The position numbers were made by a program, and so were the translations under genes. Below, one piece after another: positions 1 through 9,620 of a stretch of 64,000 bases of DNA. Positions within the stretch are counted from its first letter, which is position 1, and the number at the start of each line of letters is the position of its first letter. The stretch spans positions 3,570 through 67,569 of IMG/VR virus record IMGVR_UViG_3300006037_000008. One strand, written 5' to 3'. A model generated the notes under the pieces. It was not told the origin of the DNA and made no database searches. It saw only the letters and a list, made by a program, of their open reading frames with translations. Source of the DNA: a virus.

Positions 1-52
1 GGGATAGTGTTTTTACCGCTTGATCGGCTTGTTTGCGTGATAGTGTGGTCAT
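1..52 (-). CDS. 5' end of a gene truncated by the window edge (MTTLSRKQADQAVKTLS...)
   Basis: ATG at 52 preceded by a strong AAGGAG ribosome-binding site; the frame stays open to position 1. Confidence 0.6.
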   Translation of the reverse strand, partial: MTTLSRKQADQAVKTLS

Positions 53-402
53 GGTGACTACTCCTTAAAACATTGGATGGATTATGGTTTGATCAGTGAG
101 GGGACTTGAGCACGTGGTATCACACATAATGATCATCATGTGTGCCTTGTTTTGTTCCTAACAGACCACTTAAAAGTGTCCTAAAGTCAAGCATAAATAC
201 ACTATGCCCACAGCTTAGGTTATTAACGTGTGATATTCTTACTTTTCACAGTGCAAAATTTGCCCGTGTCCAGTATTTTTAGAATACCGATACCATTACC
301 ACGCTCAAGCCTAGAATCGCTTGAGAATATGCCTAAAAATAGTGCATATGATTGTTGAGCGTGCTAGGCATTATTTCGTCAATAATGCACCCAACGTGGC
401 GA

Positions 403-431
403 ACAATACAAGGTATTTTCTACCTTGTCAA
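403..431 (-). promoter_or_regulatory. sigma70-like promoter with an operator-like inverted repeat in its spacer
   Basis: Minus strand reads TTGACA-17 nt-TATTGT with an extended TG; the spacer contains ACAAGGTA-ttttc-TACCTTGT (408-428). Confidence 0.6.
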
Positions 432-469
432 CACTTTTTTTATACAAGATAAGAAAAGTGTTATCATTC

Positions 470-510
470 GCTATACCTAAGCAATCAAGACTTGATTGCT
501 TAGGTATAGC
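470..510. repeat. perfect 41-bp palindrome
   Basis: GCTATACCTAAGCAATCAAG-A-CTTGATTGCTTAGGTATAGC; 20-bp arms around a 1-nt centre. Confidence 0.95.
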
Positions 511-869
511 AGACTTTTTAGTCTGCTACAAAAAACAGCTCATGGTAAATCATAACAGGAGCCGACAAACAAGTGACCAACAATGCAAGCGCACCAAAAT
601 AGCCAAAATGCAACGCGCTATCTAACATACCAAAAAACGCTAACAAACACACAATGAACGATAGAATCAAAACCAATGTTTTCATAACTTTACCCTATAG
701 ATGCCTTTTGCCAGAATGACTAGGCTTCTTTATGACTTGGTAGCATTTTCCGCTTTTTCCTTGTCATGGCAGCCATTCTACAGGATTTATCATGCTTGTC
801 TACCTTTTTTTTATACTTTCTACAAAATAAGTGATCTTTCTTTTATTGTTATCTTTATGTAGCCAACTA

Positions 870-899
870 TTGACAAGGGTAGGCACGTTTATATAGGAT
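870..899 (+). promoter_or_regulatory. possible sigma70 promoter facing the repeat array
   Basis: TTGACA-18 nt-TAGGAT. Confidence 0.35.
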
Positions 900-1004
900 A
901 ACGCGCACGCACACCCACATAACACCCCCGCCCGATTTATAAAATTTTAGATTCTTACTCAAATACGTCTCATTCTCATTTACCCCCCCCCACTCCCATG
1001 CCCT

Positions 1005-1054
1005 CAGCACCCCTGCTCGCGATGCTACAATGCAGCACCCCTGCTCGCGATGCT
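1005..1054. repeat. 22-bp direct repeat x2
   Basis: CAGCACCCCTGCTCGCGATGCT at 1005 and 1033. Confidence 0.9.
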
Positions 1055-1066
1055 GCGCGACGCGCA

Positions 1067-1207
1067 CAGGACCATTGGTTTTGATAAAAAAATGTCTGGC
1101 ACATACAGGACCATTGGTTTTGATAAAAAAATGTCTGGCACATACAGGACCATTGGTCTCACGTACCTCTTGATAAGAATGTCTGGTGTATGCAGGACCA
1201 TTGGTCT
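1067..1207. repeat. iteron-like tandem array, core CAGGACCATTGGT x4
   Basis: Cores at 1067, 1106, 1145 and 1193; two perfect 39-bp units; the core contains the palindrome ACCA-T-TGGT. Confidence 0.9.
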
Positions 1208-1243
1208 TAATAAAGGACCTAACCCAAACCCAAAACCAAACCC

Positions 1244-1267
1244 AATAAAAAGGGAGCCTAAGCTCCC
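1244..1267 (-). terminator. intrinsic terminator after primase-helicase
   Basis: GGGAGC-ttag-GCTCCC followed by a T tract on the minus strand. Confidence 0.7.
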
Positions 1268-1286
1268 CCCCTCTCTTCCCAACCAC

Positions 1287-3758
1287 CTACTCAAGTATCT
1301 TGATGCCCGAATAATAAGTCCGAACATCCGACCCCTTATGAAGGGGTTTAATCCCAAACTCAGACATAACCTCTTCAAGCATACCTCTAAACGAGGACAT
1401 ATCATGCTGGTTCCGACCACCCACCGCAGCCGTAAAGAAAGCCTTAAATTGGTACCAAAGTGCCTCTTCCGAGATCTCATGAGCTGGATCAAACTGCAAA
1501 TACGGATCCTTTTCTAGGAAGTAAAGCACGGGATTGGTCGTGTGGGTTAAGCGGTTTACCAACGCCTTATGAGAACTAGGCAATGTATAATCCGCATTAT
1601 CACACACAAGTGTGGGCAATGCCTTGAGCGCCCAGGCGAAGACACCCTCACGCTCTTCACGCAGGATATGATCGGCCAGATTAACATCCACCCGTTCATC
1701 CGCAATCACCTGCCCAAACTTGAACATGAGCCAACGACGTGTAAAACCTTGTGAGGAGTCATCAGTACGCGGCAGGTGGTTGGAGGCAGCCCAGTGAGCG
1801 CAAACTGGGGTCATGTTAAATGCCTCTTTGTACAAGCGTCTGACCATCACCGAGGACCCATCAATCAGACCCTTGAACAAATCTCCCCGAATCCTTTGCT
1901 TCTCCGACAACTCTCCCACCACATTGATCAGTTTGTTATCCAGACTCACCAACATATTCCCATCTTGCAACTGGCTAAAAGAGACTGAAGCTCGAGCCTC
2001 AAGTGGAAACAGACCGCCAATAATCTTCAGAAGTACAGATTTGCCTGTCTTGGCCTTGCCAATCAGCAGAAAAGCCCTTTGAAATCTGGGTGCATAACCC
2101 AGCAGTGTTGCACAAAGCGCCTGCTGAAGCGCAATCAGTTTCTCAGAGTAATCAGGGTCATTGCCCCAGCAATCTTCCAAGAATCTGAGGAAGAGGGGAC
2201 ACTGCGCACCCTCGGCATAACGATAAGGTAGGACGTAGGTGGCACCAAATTCAGGATCATGATCAACCAGCGTACCATCTCCCAAGACTGCACCGTTGGC
2301 CACGTTGATGCAGGGGCGAAAATCTGTACGAATCCGTCCATTGGCCAAAATCAACATCTCACGCCAAACACCCGTCGAATCTGAGTTACGTTTCATCACT
2401 GGACATTCGATATATCGGTTTGAGACAAACTCCATCATCTGAGGCTGATCAACCACTTCCCAATGACTCCCTCTCCATTGGTGCAAGATGCCATCCTGAC
2501 TTCTCAAATCGCCAAATCTCTTCTGGTAACTCAATACTGCTCGCGCAACCTGAGTATGTGAATTCAGTTCTAGGATTGAGCCTGACTCGGCAATCTCGAC
2601 GTTAATGGCCATCGCTCTAAATCGGTTCAGTTCTTTTTTCAGATCCTTCACACCCAGATTAAGATGCTTGGTTCTACGCAGAATAGTCTCAAGCAAAACC
2701 TTTTCTTTCAATGGATCAATGGTGCGAACTGTCGCCAACTCTTGCAACACCAGTCTCACTGTATCAACCGTAACCTCTCCCCCTTGGTTATCAAGATCTC
2801 CAAAGGCTTGTCTTCCCATCTCCTCATAGGTCTTTTCAGTTTCTACATCAAACATTCCATAAGCTTTAATTTCCTTCTCAGTCAGGTCCTTATCCCAACC
2901 AATTGGCAACTTGCATGAGCGAGCCACTAAGTCTTGCTTGATAAAATTGATTAGATTACTGACATGTTTGTGGAGGTCCATCGGGTCACCCTCCACCTGC
3001 TGGGTGAAGCTTGATTCAAGAACCTGCAAGGTTTCGATTGCTCTCTTGAGCGTAAGGAAACCTCTCACCACATCAATAGCCAATGCACCTGCCCGTGAGG
3101 TCATGGCGTTGTCCCGTCCGCCTGCAGGGACAAACTCAGTTAATCCACCATATCTTTCTTTGCTCTGCAATTCATAGTTTAGGCTAGTCAAGATTGCCCG
3201 AACCATCTCTTCAAAGTTATCCGGTACAGGCAGAAAGCTTGGTGATTTCATTGCCTGCAACAGATCACAATTGGCCGTATAAATAATTGGTCCACCTGTC
3301 TCAGGGTTCGAGTCTGGATGGACTGAGGGTGGAAGCACCACCTGAAGTTTGTTGTTCAGGAACTCAACCAGAGTCTTGCCATTCTTGTCCTTCAATCGAA
3401 AGGCTTTCTTGATATTCGGATTGAACTTATAGGCCAAGACCATCCCCTTCTTACCTTTCCTATGCCACAAGGAAACGGGTAATAAGTCGATCAATCGCTG
3501 AACCATGAATTCGTCTTCAATATCAATGTCCAACACCGATACGCCTGACTTCGGGCCGAGAACTAATCCGATGTTATGATTGTCTGGCAACTCTAACCAG
3601 TTTTGCTTCAAAGCGTCAGTCAATTCATGCTCAGCCCAATCTGACCAACCATCAGGCACAGGAATCTTCGACTTCACGCGAAGGGGAATAACTGGAATGT
3701 TCTTTTTCAGATAGGCAGGCGCGGTGATTGCGTAGATACCTAGGTTGGGTCTATTCAT
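1287..3758 (-). CDS. primase-helicase: N-terminal Prim-Pol domain plus D5/P4-alpha-like SF3 helicase
   Basis: Prim-Pol motifs IPVIPL..SKIP, NIGLVLG, VLDID and LPPSVHP; Walker A GKAKTGKS; ASNHLP..DSSQGFTRR. Confidence 0.9.
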   Translation of the reverse strand: MNRPNLGIYAITAPAYLKKNIPVIPLRVKSKIPVPDGWSDWAEHELTDALKQNWLELPDNHNIGLVLGPKSGVSVLDIDIEDEFMVQRLIDLLPVSLWHRKGKKGMVLAYKFNPNIKKAFRLKDKNGKTLVEFLNNKLQVVLPPSVHPDSNPETGGPIIYTANCDLLQAMKSPSFLPVPDNFEEMVRAILTSLNYELQSKERYGGLTEFVPAGGRDNAMTSRAGALAIDVVRGFLTLKRAIETLQVLESSFTQQVEGDPMDLHKHVSNLINFIKQDLVARSCKLPIGWDKDLTEKEIKAYGMFDVETEKTYEEMGRQAFGDLDNQGGEVTVDTVRLVLQELATVRTIDPLKEKVLLETILRRTKHLNLGVKDLKKELNRFRAMAINVEIAESGSILELNSHTQVARAVLSYQKRFGDLRSQDGILHQWRGSHWEVVDQPQMMEFVSNRYIECPVMKRNSDSTGVWREMLILANGRIRTDFRPCINVANGAVLGDGTLVDHDPEFGATYVLPYRYAEGAQCPLFLRFLEDCWGNDPDYSEKLIALQQALCATLLGYAPRFQRAFLLIGKAKTGKSVLLKIIGGLFPLEARASVSFSQLQDGNMLVSLDNKLINVVGELSEKQRIRGDLFKGLIDGSSVMVRRLYKEAFNMTPVCAHWAASNHLPRTDDSSQGFTRRWLMFKFGQVIADERVDVNLADHILREEREGVFAWALKALPTLVCDNADYTLPSSHKALVNRLTHTTNPVLYFLEKDPYLQFDPAHEISEEALWYQFKAFFTAAVGGRNQHDMSSFRGMLEEVMSEFGIKPLHKGSDVRTYYSGIKILE

Positions 3759-4261
3759 TTGCTCTTACTTCCTAAATCTTCCAAACGCTTGATGAAATCC
3801 TTGGCGACTTCACTGGATTCTGAATGATGCTCGATAAACTCTTTGAGCAGTGCTTCAAGGCTAAACACTCTATCTATGTTAGCCAACCGTTCAGAAATCT
3901 CCACTCTCTTTTGTAACAATTCGAACAAGAACTTACTCGCACTCACCTTAGAGGCTTCGCTAGAACTCTGATTGGAGATTACGCTGCGAATATCTGAGAT
4001 GGCATTGTCAATCTGCCACATCAGCATATCCTCCGGGCGATCCCCTGTGGCCGTCAGCTTGACGTTATTAATGGCTCTATCCTTGGTCTCAGAGTTCAAC
4101 TCTCGCAGACTACGAACTGCCTTGACTATGCCATCTTGCAAAAGGGGTGTGTATGGACAATTGGCTGCCGAGACATAAAGCGGGTCTTTAAGTGCCTCAC
4201 CAATAATTTCCACTGAAGTTTCAAAGTCTTCCAAAATGATGCGGGGGTAACGGCTTCTCAT
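3755..4261 (-). CDS. hypothetical helical protein (candidate small terminase subunit)
   Basis: 168-aa ORF with ATGA overlap to primase, head-to-head with terL; function is inference only. Confidence 0.6.
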   Translation of the reverse strand: MRSRYPRIILEDFETSVEIIGEALKDPLYVSAANCPYTPLLQDGIVKAVRSLRELNSETKDRAINNVKLTATGDRPEDMLMWQIDNAISDIRSVISNQSSSEASKVSASKFLFELLQKRVEISERLANIDRVFSLEALLKEFIEHHSESSEVAKDFIKRLEDLGSKSK

Positions 4262-4396
4262 GAGCTTATCTCTTGGATGGGTGTCGAGTATCTTAGCTTA
4301 TTTATGGGGGTTTCTCTGGCTTTCTGTTGTTCAGTTTCGGTAAACTGACTCGATAATATCTTGCAGGCTTCTTGCAATCTCTTTTGGAAGTTTTTT

Positions 4397-6598
4397 ATGA
4401 ATATTCTCGACGATTTTTCCACCCGGATTTCTCAGTATCTTCAGGAGAAGGCCGATCCAAAACCCTACACTGATTGGCTGCAGGAAAACACAAAACTGGC
4501 TGGTCTGCCCTTCTCAGTCTCTAAGTATCCGTTTCAGCGGCAAATCTTGAACGATATGCACACCAATCTGTGTTGTGTAAAACCTTCCCAAGTTGGTTTG
4601 GCCCTCGCCTTAGACACCCCCATCCTAACTGGTCACGGTTGGACTACAATGGGCAACTTGAAGGTAGGTCATTTTATACACGAAGGTTCAGGTTCGGGCG
4701 AACTGACCGAGGTCACTTACCTATCACCCATCTACACAGACCACGAGTGCTTCTCACTGGAGTTCCACGATGGCACTAAGATTGTCGCAGATGCTGGGCA
4801 TCGCTGGCCAGTGAGTGTAAACGGAAGCAGGGTAGAGATCAGAACCACCATTGACCTCTACCAAGAGAAGTATCTGTTTGGTTCAAAGATGACTGTAAAG
4901 GGGGGTTTGAGTGGTCAGCTATCTTTCACTTTGACAGGCATTTTTAAGGTTCCTGCTGTCCCTGTCCGTTGCTTGACAGTTGCGCATCCAAGCCATCTTT
5001 TCTTGTGCGGGGCCAGCTTAATCGCCACTCACAACACTGAAGTGCAGGTGCGTAAGGCATTGGCCATTGCTGCACGCAACCCGCATCGGACAGTCATGTT
5101 TACGCTGCCCACCGAGGACATGCGCAAACGTCTGTATCAAACACGGGTCGAGAACCTAATCAAGAACACCCCACTGTTCAATCCTGTGGGAGGTAAACCT
5201 TCACGCTCTATCGAGATCAGTCAGATACTAGATAGCTACGTCCTAATGGTACCTGTGACCGAGGCGGCAGCAACCAGTCAGCCTGCCGATGTCGTATTTA
5301 ATGACGAAGTTGATCTCTCAAACCAATCACTCTTGGCGCTGTTTAACTCTCGGATGCAGGGTTCCAACTGGCGCATGTCGCAACGCTTTAGTACTCCAAC
5401 CTACGAGGGCTTTGGCATCTCCGAAGACTTTGCGCTGTCAGATCAACACCACTATATGTACAAGTGCCACAAGTGCGGACATCACCAGATTCCTGAGTTT
5501 AACCGCAAGTTCGTCACTGTACCCAAGCTGCCAGAGGAATTGAGCGCAGACTATTCTCTGTTCGAGACTGATTGGATCGACAAGTATGGGTTGCAGATGG
5601 ACGAGACTTTTCTGCACTGCGAGATCTGTAGAACACCCATGAATCTCAAGAACCATAATGGACGGGAGTGGGTGGCCAAGCATCCTAACCGAACGCATCA
5701 CCGAGGCTATCGGGTCTCACCCTTTTCAGTCAGCACACTCCCACCCAGCTATATCTTCAACCAGCTGTTCACCTATCGACGCAATGACAACCTAAAGGGC
5801 TGGTACAACACTGTGCTTGGCCTCCCCTACGAGGGTGGGGATGAGCGATTATCACGCAGGGACATTTTGGCATGTTTTAGCGAAATGATTCACCCAATCG
5901 AGCGCGATGACAATTACCATTACTTCCTCGGGGCTGACATGGGCAACCTGTGTCACATCACGGTGGCTCGAAGCAAAGACGGGGCAGCCTTAGAAGTAGT
6001 CTTGATGGAGGTGGTCAGCTCGAACGGCTACGCGGATCGGTTGATGGCTCTCAAGGAACGCTATCAGATTGATCTGGGTTTCTCTGACCGATTCCCTCTC
6101 ACAGAGACGGTCAACCGAGTGCGTGAGTTGTCTGAGAATACTTTCATCCCCCTGCAGTATCAACACAGTAAAGGGGCTGAGAAGTTTCGCTATCATGATG
6201 ATGAGCTGGGTAACCTGTCACATGCCTCAGCCCAGAGAACTTGGCACCTCGATCAGGTGGTGACTAAGGTGAGAAACCAGAAGGTGAGCTTTGCTGGTTA
6301 TGGTGGTCAGAAGGAACTAATCATCGAGCATTTACGTGATATGGTTCGTGAAGCCAAGGACGAAGAGGTGCCAGTATGGAAGAAATTGAATGGTAAGGAT
6401 CACTATTTTCACAGTCTAGGTTACTGCAATCAGGCGATGATGCAATTCTTCGATGGAAAAAATTCAAGCACTAACAGTAACACTACGTTATACTTCGGTG
6501 GAATTGATGTAAAATTTCCTGCCTCTAATGTAACGGGGTTATTTGGAAGCATGGGCAACTCAACACGAGGCAGTGGCAATGGCGGGAATCTCTTCTAA
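4397..6598 (+). CDS. terL: terminase large subunit, lambda gpA-like, intein-containing
   Basis: KPSQVGL/TE P-loop, FNDEVD Walker B, FSTPT motif, CxxC pairs, YNTVLGLPY, GADMG nuclease motif, DHYFH. Confidence 0.9.
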   Translation: MNILDDFSTRISQYLQEKADPKPYTDWLQENTKLAGLPFSVSKYPFQRQILNDMHTNLCCVKPSQVGLALALDTPILTGHGWTTMGNLKVGHFIHEGSGSGELTEVTYLSPIYTDHECFSLEFHDGTKIVADAGHRWPVSVNGSRVEIRTTIDLYQEKYLFGSKMTVKGGLSGQLSFTLTGIFKVPAVPVRCLTVAHPSHLFLCGASLIATHNTEVQVRKALAIAARNPHRTVMFTLPTEDMRKRLYQTRVENLIKNTPLFNPVGGKPSRSIEISQILDSYVLMVPVTEAAATSQPADVVFNDEVDLSNQSLLALFNSRMQGSNWRMSQRFSTPTYEGFGISEDFALSDQHHYMYKCHKCGHHQIPEFNRKFVTVPKLPEELSADYSLFETDWIDKYGLQMDETFLHCEICRTPMNLKNHNGREWVAKHPNRTHHRGYRVSPFSVSTLPPSYIFNQLFTYRRNDNLKGWYNTVLGLPYEGGDERLSRRDILACFSEMIHPIERDDNYHYFLGADMGNLCHITVARSKDGAALEVVLMEVVSSNGYADRLMALKERYQIDLGFSDRFPLTETVNRVRELSENTFIPLQYQHSKGAEKFRYHDDELGNLSHASAQRTWHLDQVVTKVRNQKVSFAGYGGQKELIIEHLRDMVREAKDEEVPVWKKLNGKDHYFHSLGYCNQAMMQFFDGKNSSTNSNTTLYFGGIDVKFPASNVTGLFGSMGNSTRGSGNGGNLF
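4601..5035 (+). mobile_element. class 3 mini-intein (145 aa, no homing endonuclease) in terL
   Basis: Starts ALALDTP..GWTTMG; block B DAGHRW; block F VPVRCLTV; ends ATHN followed by +1 Thr; WCT triad present. Confidence 0.92.
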
Positions 6599-8054
6599 CA
6601 TCTTTGCAAAAATGGGCGAAGTGCTTTTACCCAAGGCCCTCCAAGTGGGGGGTAAAGGGCAGAGTCCTGCTTTCGATGCCTCACGGGGCTCCGACCCAGT
6701 GCCACGCCCCATCACCAACAGTCACCAGCGTGACTTGTTGGCCGAAAGGTCTGGGACAGATGATGATCTGATTCAGACGCTTATGCGCTATGACTCGGAC
6801 GTGGCTGCAGCAACTCACGCCTATCTGACCGTGGCCAATACAGAGATGCGGCATCTCTGCTACGATGAGCTGGGGCAAGTTGATCCAGTGGCGCAGCAAA
6901 CCATCAGTCAGTTCCTCACATCCCTTGGCACCACTATGGATTACAGCCAAGGATTTACAATGAACCGTAGTCTTCGGGCACGCAATGAGAAGATGCGCTA
7001 CATGCTTCTGAAGCGGGGTTCGGTGGCTGGTGAATTATTGTATGACCGCAAGCTGGGGACTATTACAGATTTCCTACTACTAGATACAGGCAGTCTTGAC
7101 TGGAGCCAGAAGGTTAATGGGAAACTAAAGCCAGCACAACGGGTTGGGCAGGGCGATCCTATTCCTCTGGACTTCGCCACTGTCTATTACTCCTCGTTTC
7201 GACAAGACCCGAGCGATCCCTACAGCAAGAGCTTCTTCATCTCAGTAATCAACACCATCTATGCACGCACGCAGATCATCAACGATCTGTATCGCATCAT
7301 GAACATCAATGGTTTCCCTCGCATCAAAATAGAATTGCTGGAAGAGACCATCCGTAAGCATGTGCCTCAGTCAATCAAGAATAACCCTACCAAAGTGTCT
7401 GAGTTCATCAACTCGATTATTAGCGAGACGCAGGCCAGCTTCCAGAACATTCGCCCAGATCAACCACTGGTGCACACCGACTCTTCGGTGATCACGGTGA
7501 TGAATGAGCGCAGCTCTGCAATGTCTTTGGACATCAGCCCAATCATCAAAGTGCTGGATGCGCAGAACCAATCATCCCTGAAGACAATGGCCACTATTAT
7601 TGGTCGGGGTGAGTCTGGGGTGAACACAGCTTCCGTCGAAGCACGGATCTTTGCGTTGTCGGCGGCCGAACTAAACGACCCAGTGGCGGAATTGTGGGAA
7701 CAGGCCCTCACCTTCGTGCTGCGATTGTCTGGTTCGCGCTCCCGAGTTGCAGTTCATTTTGCTGAGCCTGAGTTGCGGGCTGAGAGCGAACTAGAGCCAG
7801 CTCGCACCCAGAAGCAGGCTCGCCTGCACAAAGATTTATCGCTCGGTCTCATTACCGACGAAGAATACCATTTGCAAATGTACAACCGTCTACCCCCCCA
7901 AACTGCTCCCACCTTGTCGGGTACAAACTTTCTGGGTGGAGATGTTGCACAAACTGCAGAAGTTACAAAAGGGCCTGCTGACCAGCCTAATTCGGTTCAG
8001 CGTCAAACCACCACTAAGGCTGACAAGTCTGCTGCCAGCAACGCCAACAAATAG
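6579..8054 (+). CDS. portal protein
   Basis: About 490 aa directly after terL; size and position are typical of a portal. Confidence 0.75.
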   Translation: MAGISSNIFAKMGEVLLPKALQVGGKGQSPAFDASRGSDPVPRPITNSHQRDLLAERSGTDDDLIQTLMRYDSDVAAATHAYLTVANTEMRHLCYDELGQVDPVAQQTISQFLTSLGTTMDYSQGFTMNRSLRARNEKMRYMLLKRGSVAGELLYDRKLGTITDFLLLDTGSLDWSQKVNGKLKPAQRVGQGDPIPLDFATVYYSSFRQDPSDPYSKSFFISVINTIYARTQIINDLYRIMNINGFPRIKIELLEETIRKHVPQSIKNNPTKVSEFINSIISETQASFQNIRPDQPLVHTDSSVITVMNERSSAMSLDISPIIKVLDAQNQSSLKTMATIIGRGESGVNTASVEARIFALSAAELNDPVAELWEQALTFVLRLSGSRSRVAVHFAEPELRAESELEPARTQKQARLHKDLSLGLITDEEYHLQMYNRLPPQTAPTLSGTNFLGGDVAQTAEVTKGPADQPNSVQRQTTTKADKSAASNANK

Positions 8055-8063
8055 GAGTAGGCC

Positions 8064-9185
8064 ATGTTTCGTTTACCTTTGACTGCCAGTTTGAAGGCTC
8101 TATTACAGAACCGAATGGGTAAAGACCAAGAGGATAAGATTAGTCTCTATGAGGTGCTGGTCAACAGCACCAAGCCAATCCCGCGCACCTACGGAATGTA
8201 TCAGGGTGCGCAGATGAAGCTGAGTTATCTGCAAGAGATGTCCGCAATCTCCAAGGTGCGTCGTATCCCTATCATCCAGAATCACAACCAGTATTCTATG
8301 TTACCTGACGGTGTGGTGTTGGCTGCCGAAACTGTGCTTCTGGAGGACGGCCAAAACTATGGTCTGCACGCCATTGTCGCAATTCCCAAGAACGAGGATG
8401 CCGAGAGTTTAGACAATCGGCTTTCACTTGGCATTGTAAATCAGGTTTCTTCAGGTAGTAAGCCAAGTGATCTCTATTGCTCTGAGTGTAATTTCCACTA
8501 CACCAAAGATGAAGATTCGGTCTCATATCTAAATCTGCGTGAACACGAAGCGATGCCGATGTGTCCAAATGACCACAAGGTGGGTGTCAATGGTGTGCAC
8601 CTAAAGCTGGATGGTTTAGCCTATTGGGACGAGATAAGCCTAGTAGTTCAAGGAGCAGTTACCGATGCACGGGTGCTGAGTGAAAATGAATGGGTTTTAA
8701 ATCGAAAATTTGAGTTGCAACAGTTGGCAGCAAGTGCCAATACTGATAAACTCCGTCTAGTTACATATGAAGAACAGAAAGATGGCAGATTTGCTGTTGA
8801 CCCTGTTCCAAATTTAGAACCCAAGGGGGAAGAAATGAGCGGTATCACTCTCGCAACTGCAGACTACGAGCAGTTGGTCTTATCCAAGGTCAAGGCTGCC
8901 GAGGTCGATGGCCTAAAGCTGCAGCTTCAAACTGCCGCGACTGCTCTTGCAACTGCTCAGACTGAAAAGGATGCCGCCATTGCAAGCAAAACAGAACTTG
9001 AAAACGCAAAACTAGCTGCCGAGTCTCAAGTTGAGGGTTTAAACTCTCAAGTGATCGCTCTGACTGCTCAAGTTGCTGCGTTGAAAGCTCCAGAAGGCGG
9101 TGCTGGTACAGACCCAACAACCCAAGAGGCTCCTGCCGCAGAATTCTCTGCTGCTGATGCTGCCATGTTTAAAGTCAAACGGTAA
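8064..9185 (+). CDS. capsid maturation protease with C-terminal scaffold
   Basis: Lies between portal and capsid genes; IIQNH, VSSG, CSEC..CPNDH and DEISLV protease-like motifs; Ala/Lys coiled-coil C-terminus. Confidence 0.7.
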   Translation: MFRLPLTASLKALLQNRMGKDQEDKISLYEVLVNSTKPIPRTYGMYQGAQMKLSYLQEMSAISKVRRIPIIQNHNQYSMLPDGVVLAAETVLLEDGQNYGLHAIVAIPKNEDAESLDNRLSLGIVNQVSSGSKPSDLYCSECNFHYTKDEDSVSYLNLREHEAMPMCPNDHKVGVNGVHLKLDGLAYWDEISLVVQGAVTDARVLSENEWVLNRKFELQQLAASANTDKLRLVTYEEQKDGRFAVDPVPNLEPKGEEMSGITLATADYEQLVLSKVKAAEVDGLKLQLQTAATALATAQTEKDAAIASKTELENAKLAAESQVEGLNSQVIALTAQVAALKAPEGGAGTDPTTQEAPAAEFSAADAAMFKVKR

Positions 9186-9197
9186 GGAGCCTCTATC

Positions 9198-9620
9198 ATG
9201 GCGATGACTAGCAACGTAACACTCCGTGGTACCTCACTACATGAAGGTCGTTTTACCTTCAATCTGGTACACACTTTGGCCGCAGGTGTAAGCACTGACA
9301 CTCTGATGGGTTTGGCAGTATCAATCGACACCACTGCGAACAACGCTGTTCATTTGGCGGGTAATGGTGAAGAACTGATCGGCGCGATTGTGATTGCCGA
9401 GCAAGATATGCAAGGCAACTTGGTCTGCACCGTGGATACCCTCGGGGGTATCGAGATGCAAGTTTTGGCTGCTGACCCAGCAACACGCGGCACAACTCCA
9501 GTTGGCGCGGGTGCAGGTAAGATTAAAGCAGGCGCAAGCTTGACCGACAAACGTGTTTGGATTTGTTCAAACGCAGGGCTGACCTCGGCTGCCCGTACTG
9601 CCACCGTCATGTTCCTGTAA
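9198..9620 (+). CDS. head decoration / capsid cement protein
   Basis: 140 aa, Gly/Ala/Thr-rich, immediately before the major capsid gene, strong RBS. Confidence 0.65.
   Translation: MAMTSNVTLRGTSLHEGRFTFNLVHTLAAGVSTDTLMGLAVSIDTTANNAVHLAGNGEELIGAIVIAEQDMQGNLVCTVDTLGGIEMQVLAADPATRGTTPVGAGAGKIKAGASLTDKRVWICSNAGLTSAARTATVMFL

Noticed and set aside
470-510. N15-like linear plasmid prophage telomere site
   Set aside because: No protelomerase, partition or repressor genes in the window; kept only as an unexplained palindrome
1067-1207. CRISPR mini-array
   Set aside because: The intervening sequences are identical or related rather than unique spacers, the core is only 13 bp, and no cas genes are present
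867-1517. ORFs 867-1286, 1025-1492 and 1050-1517
   Set aside because: They translate the repeat array, cross a terminator or overlap primase, and lack an RBS
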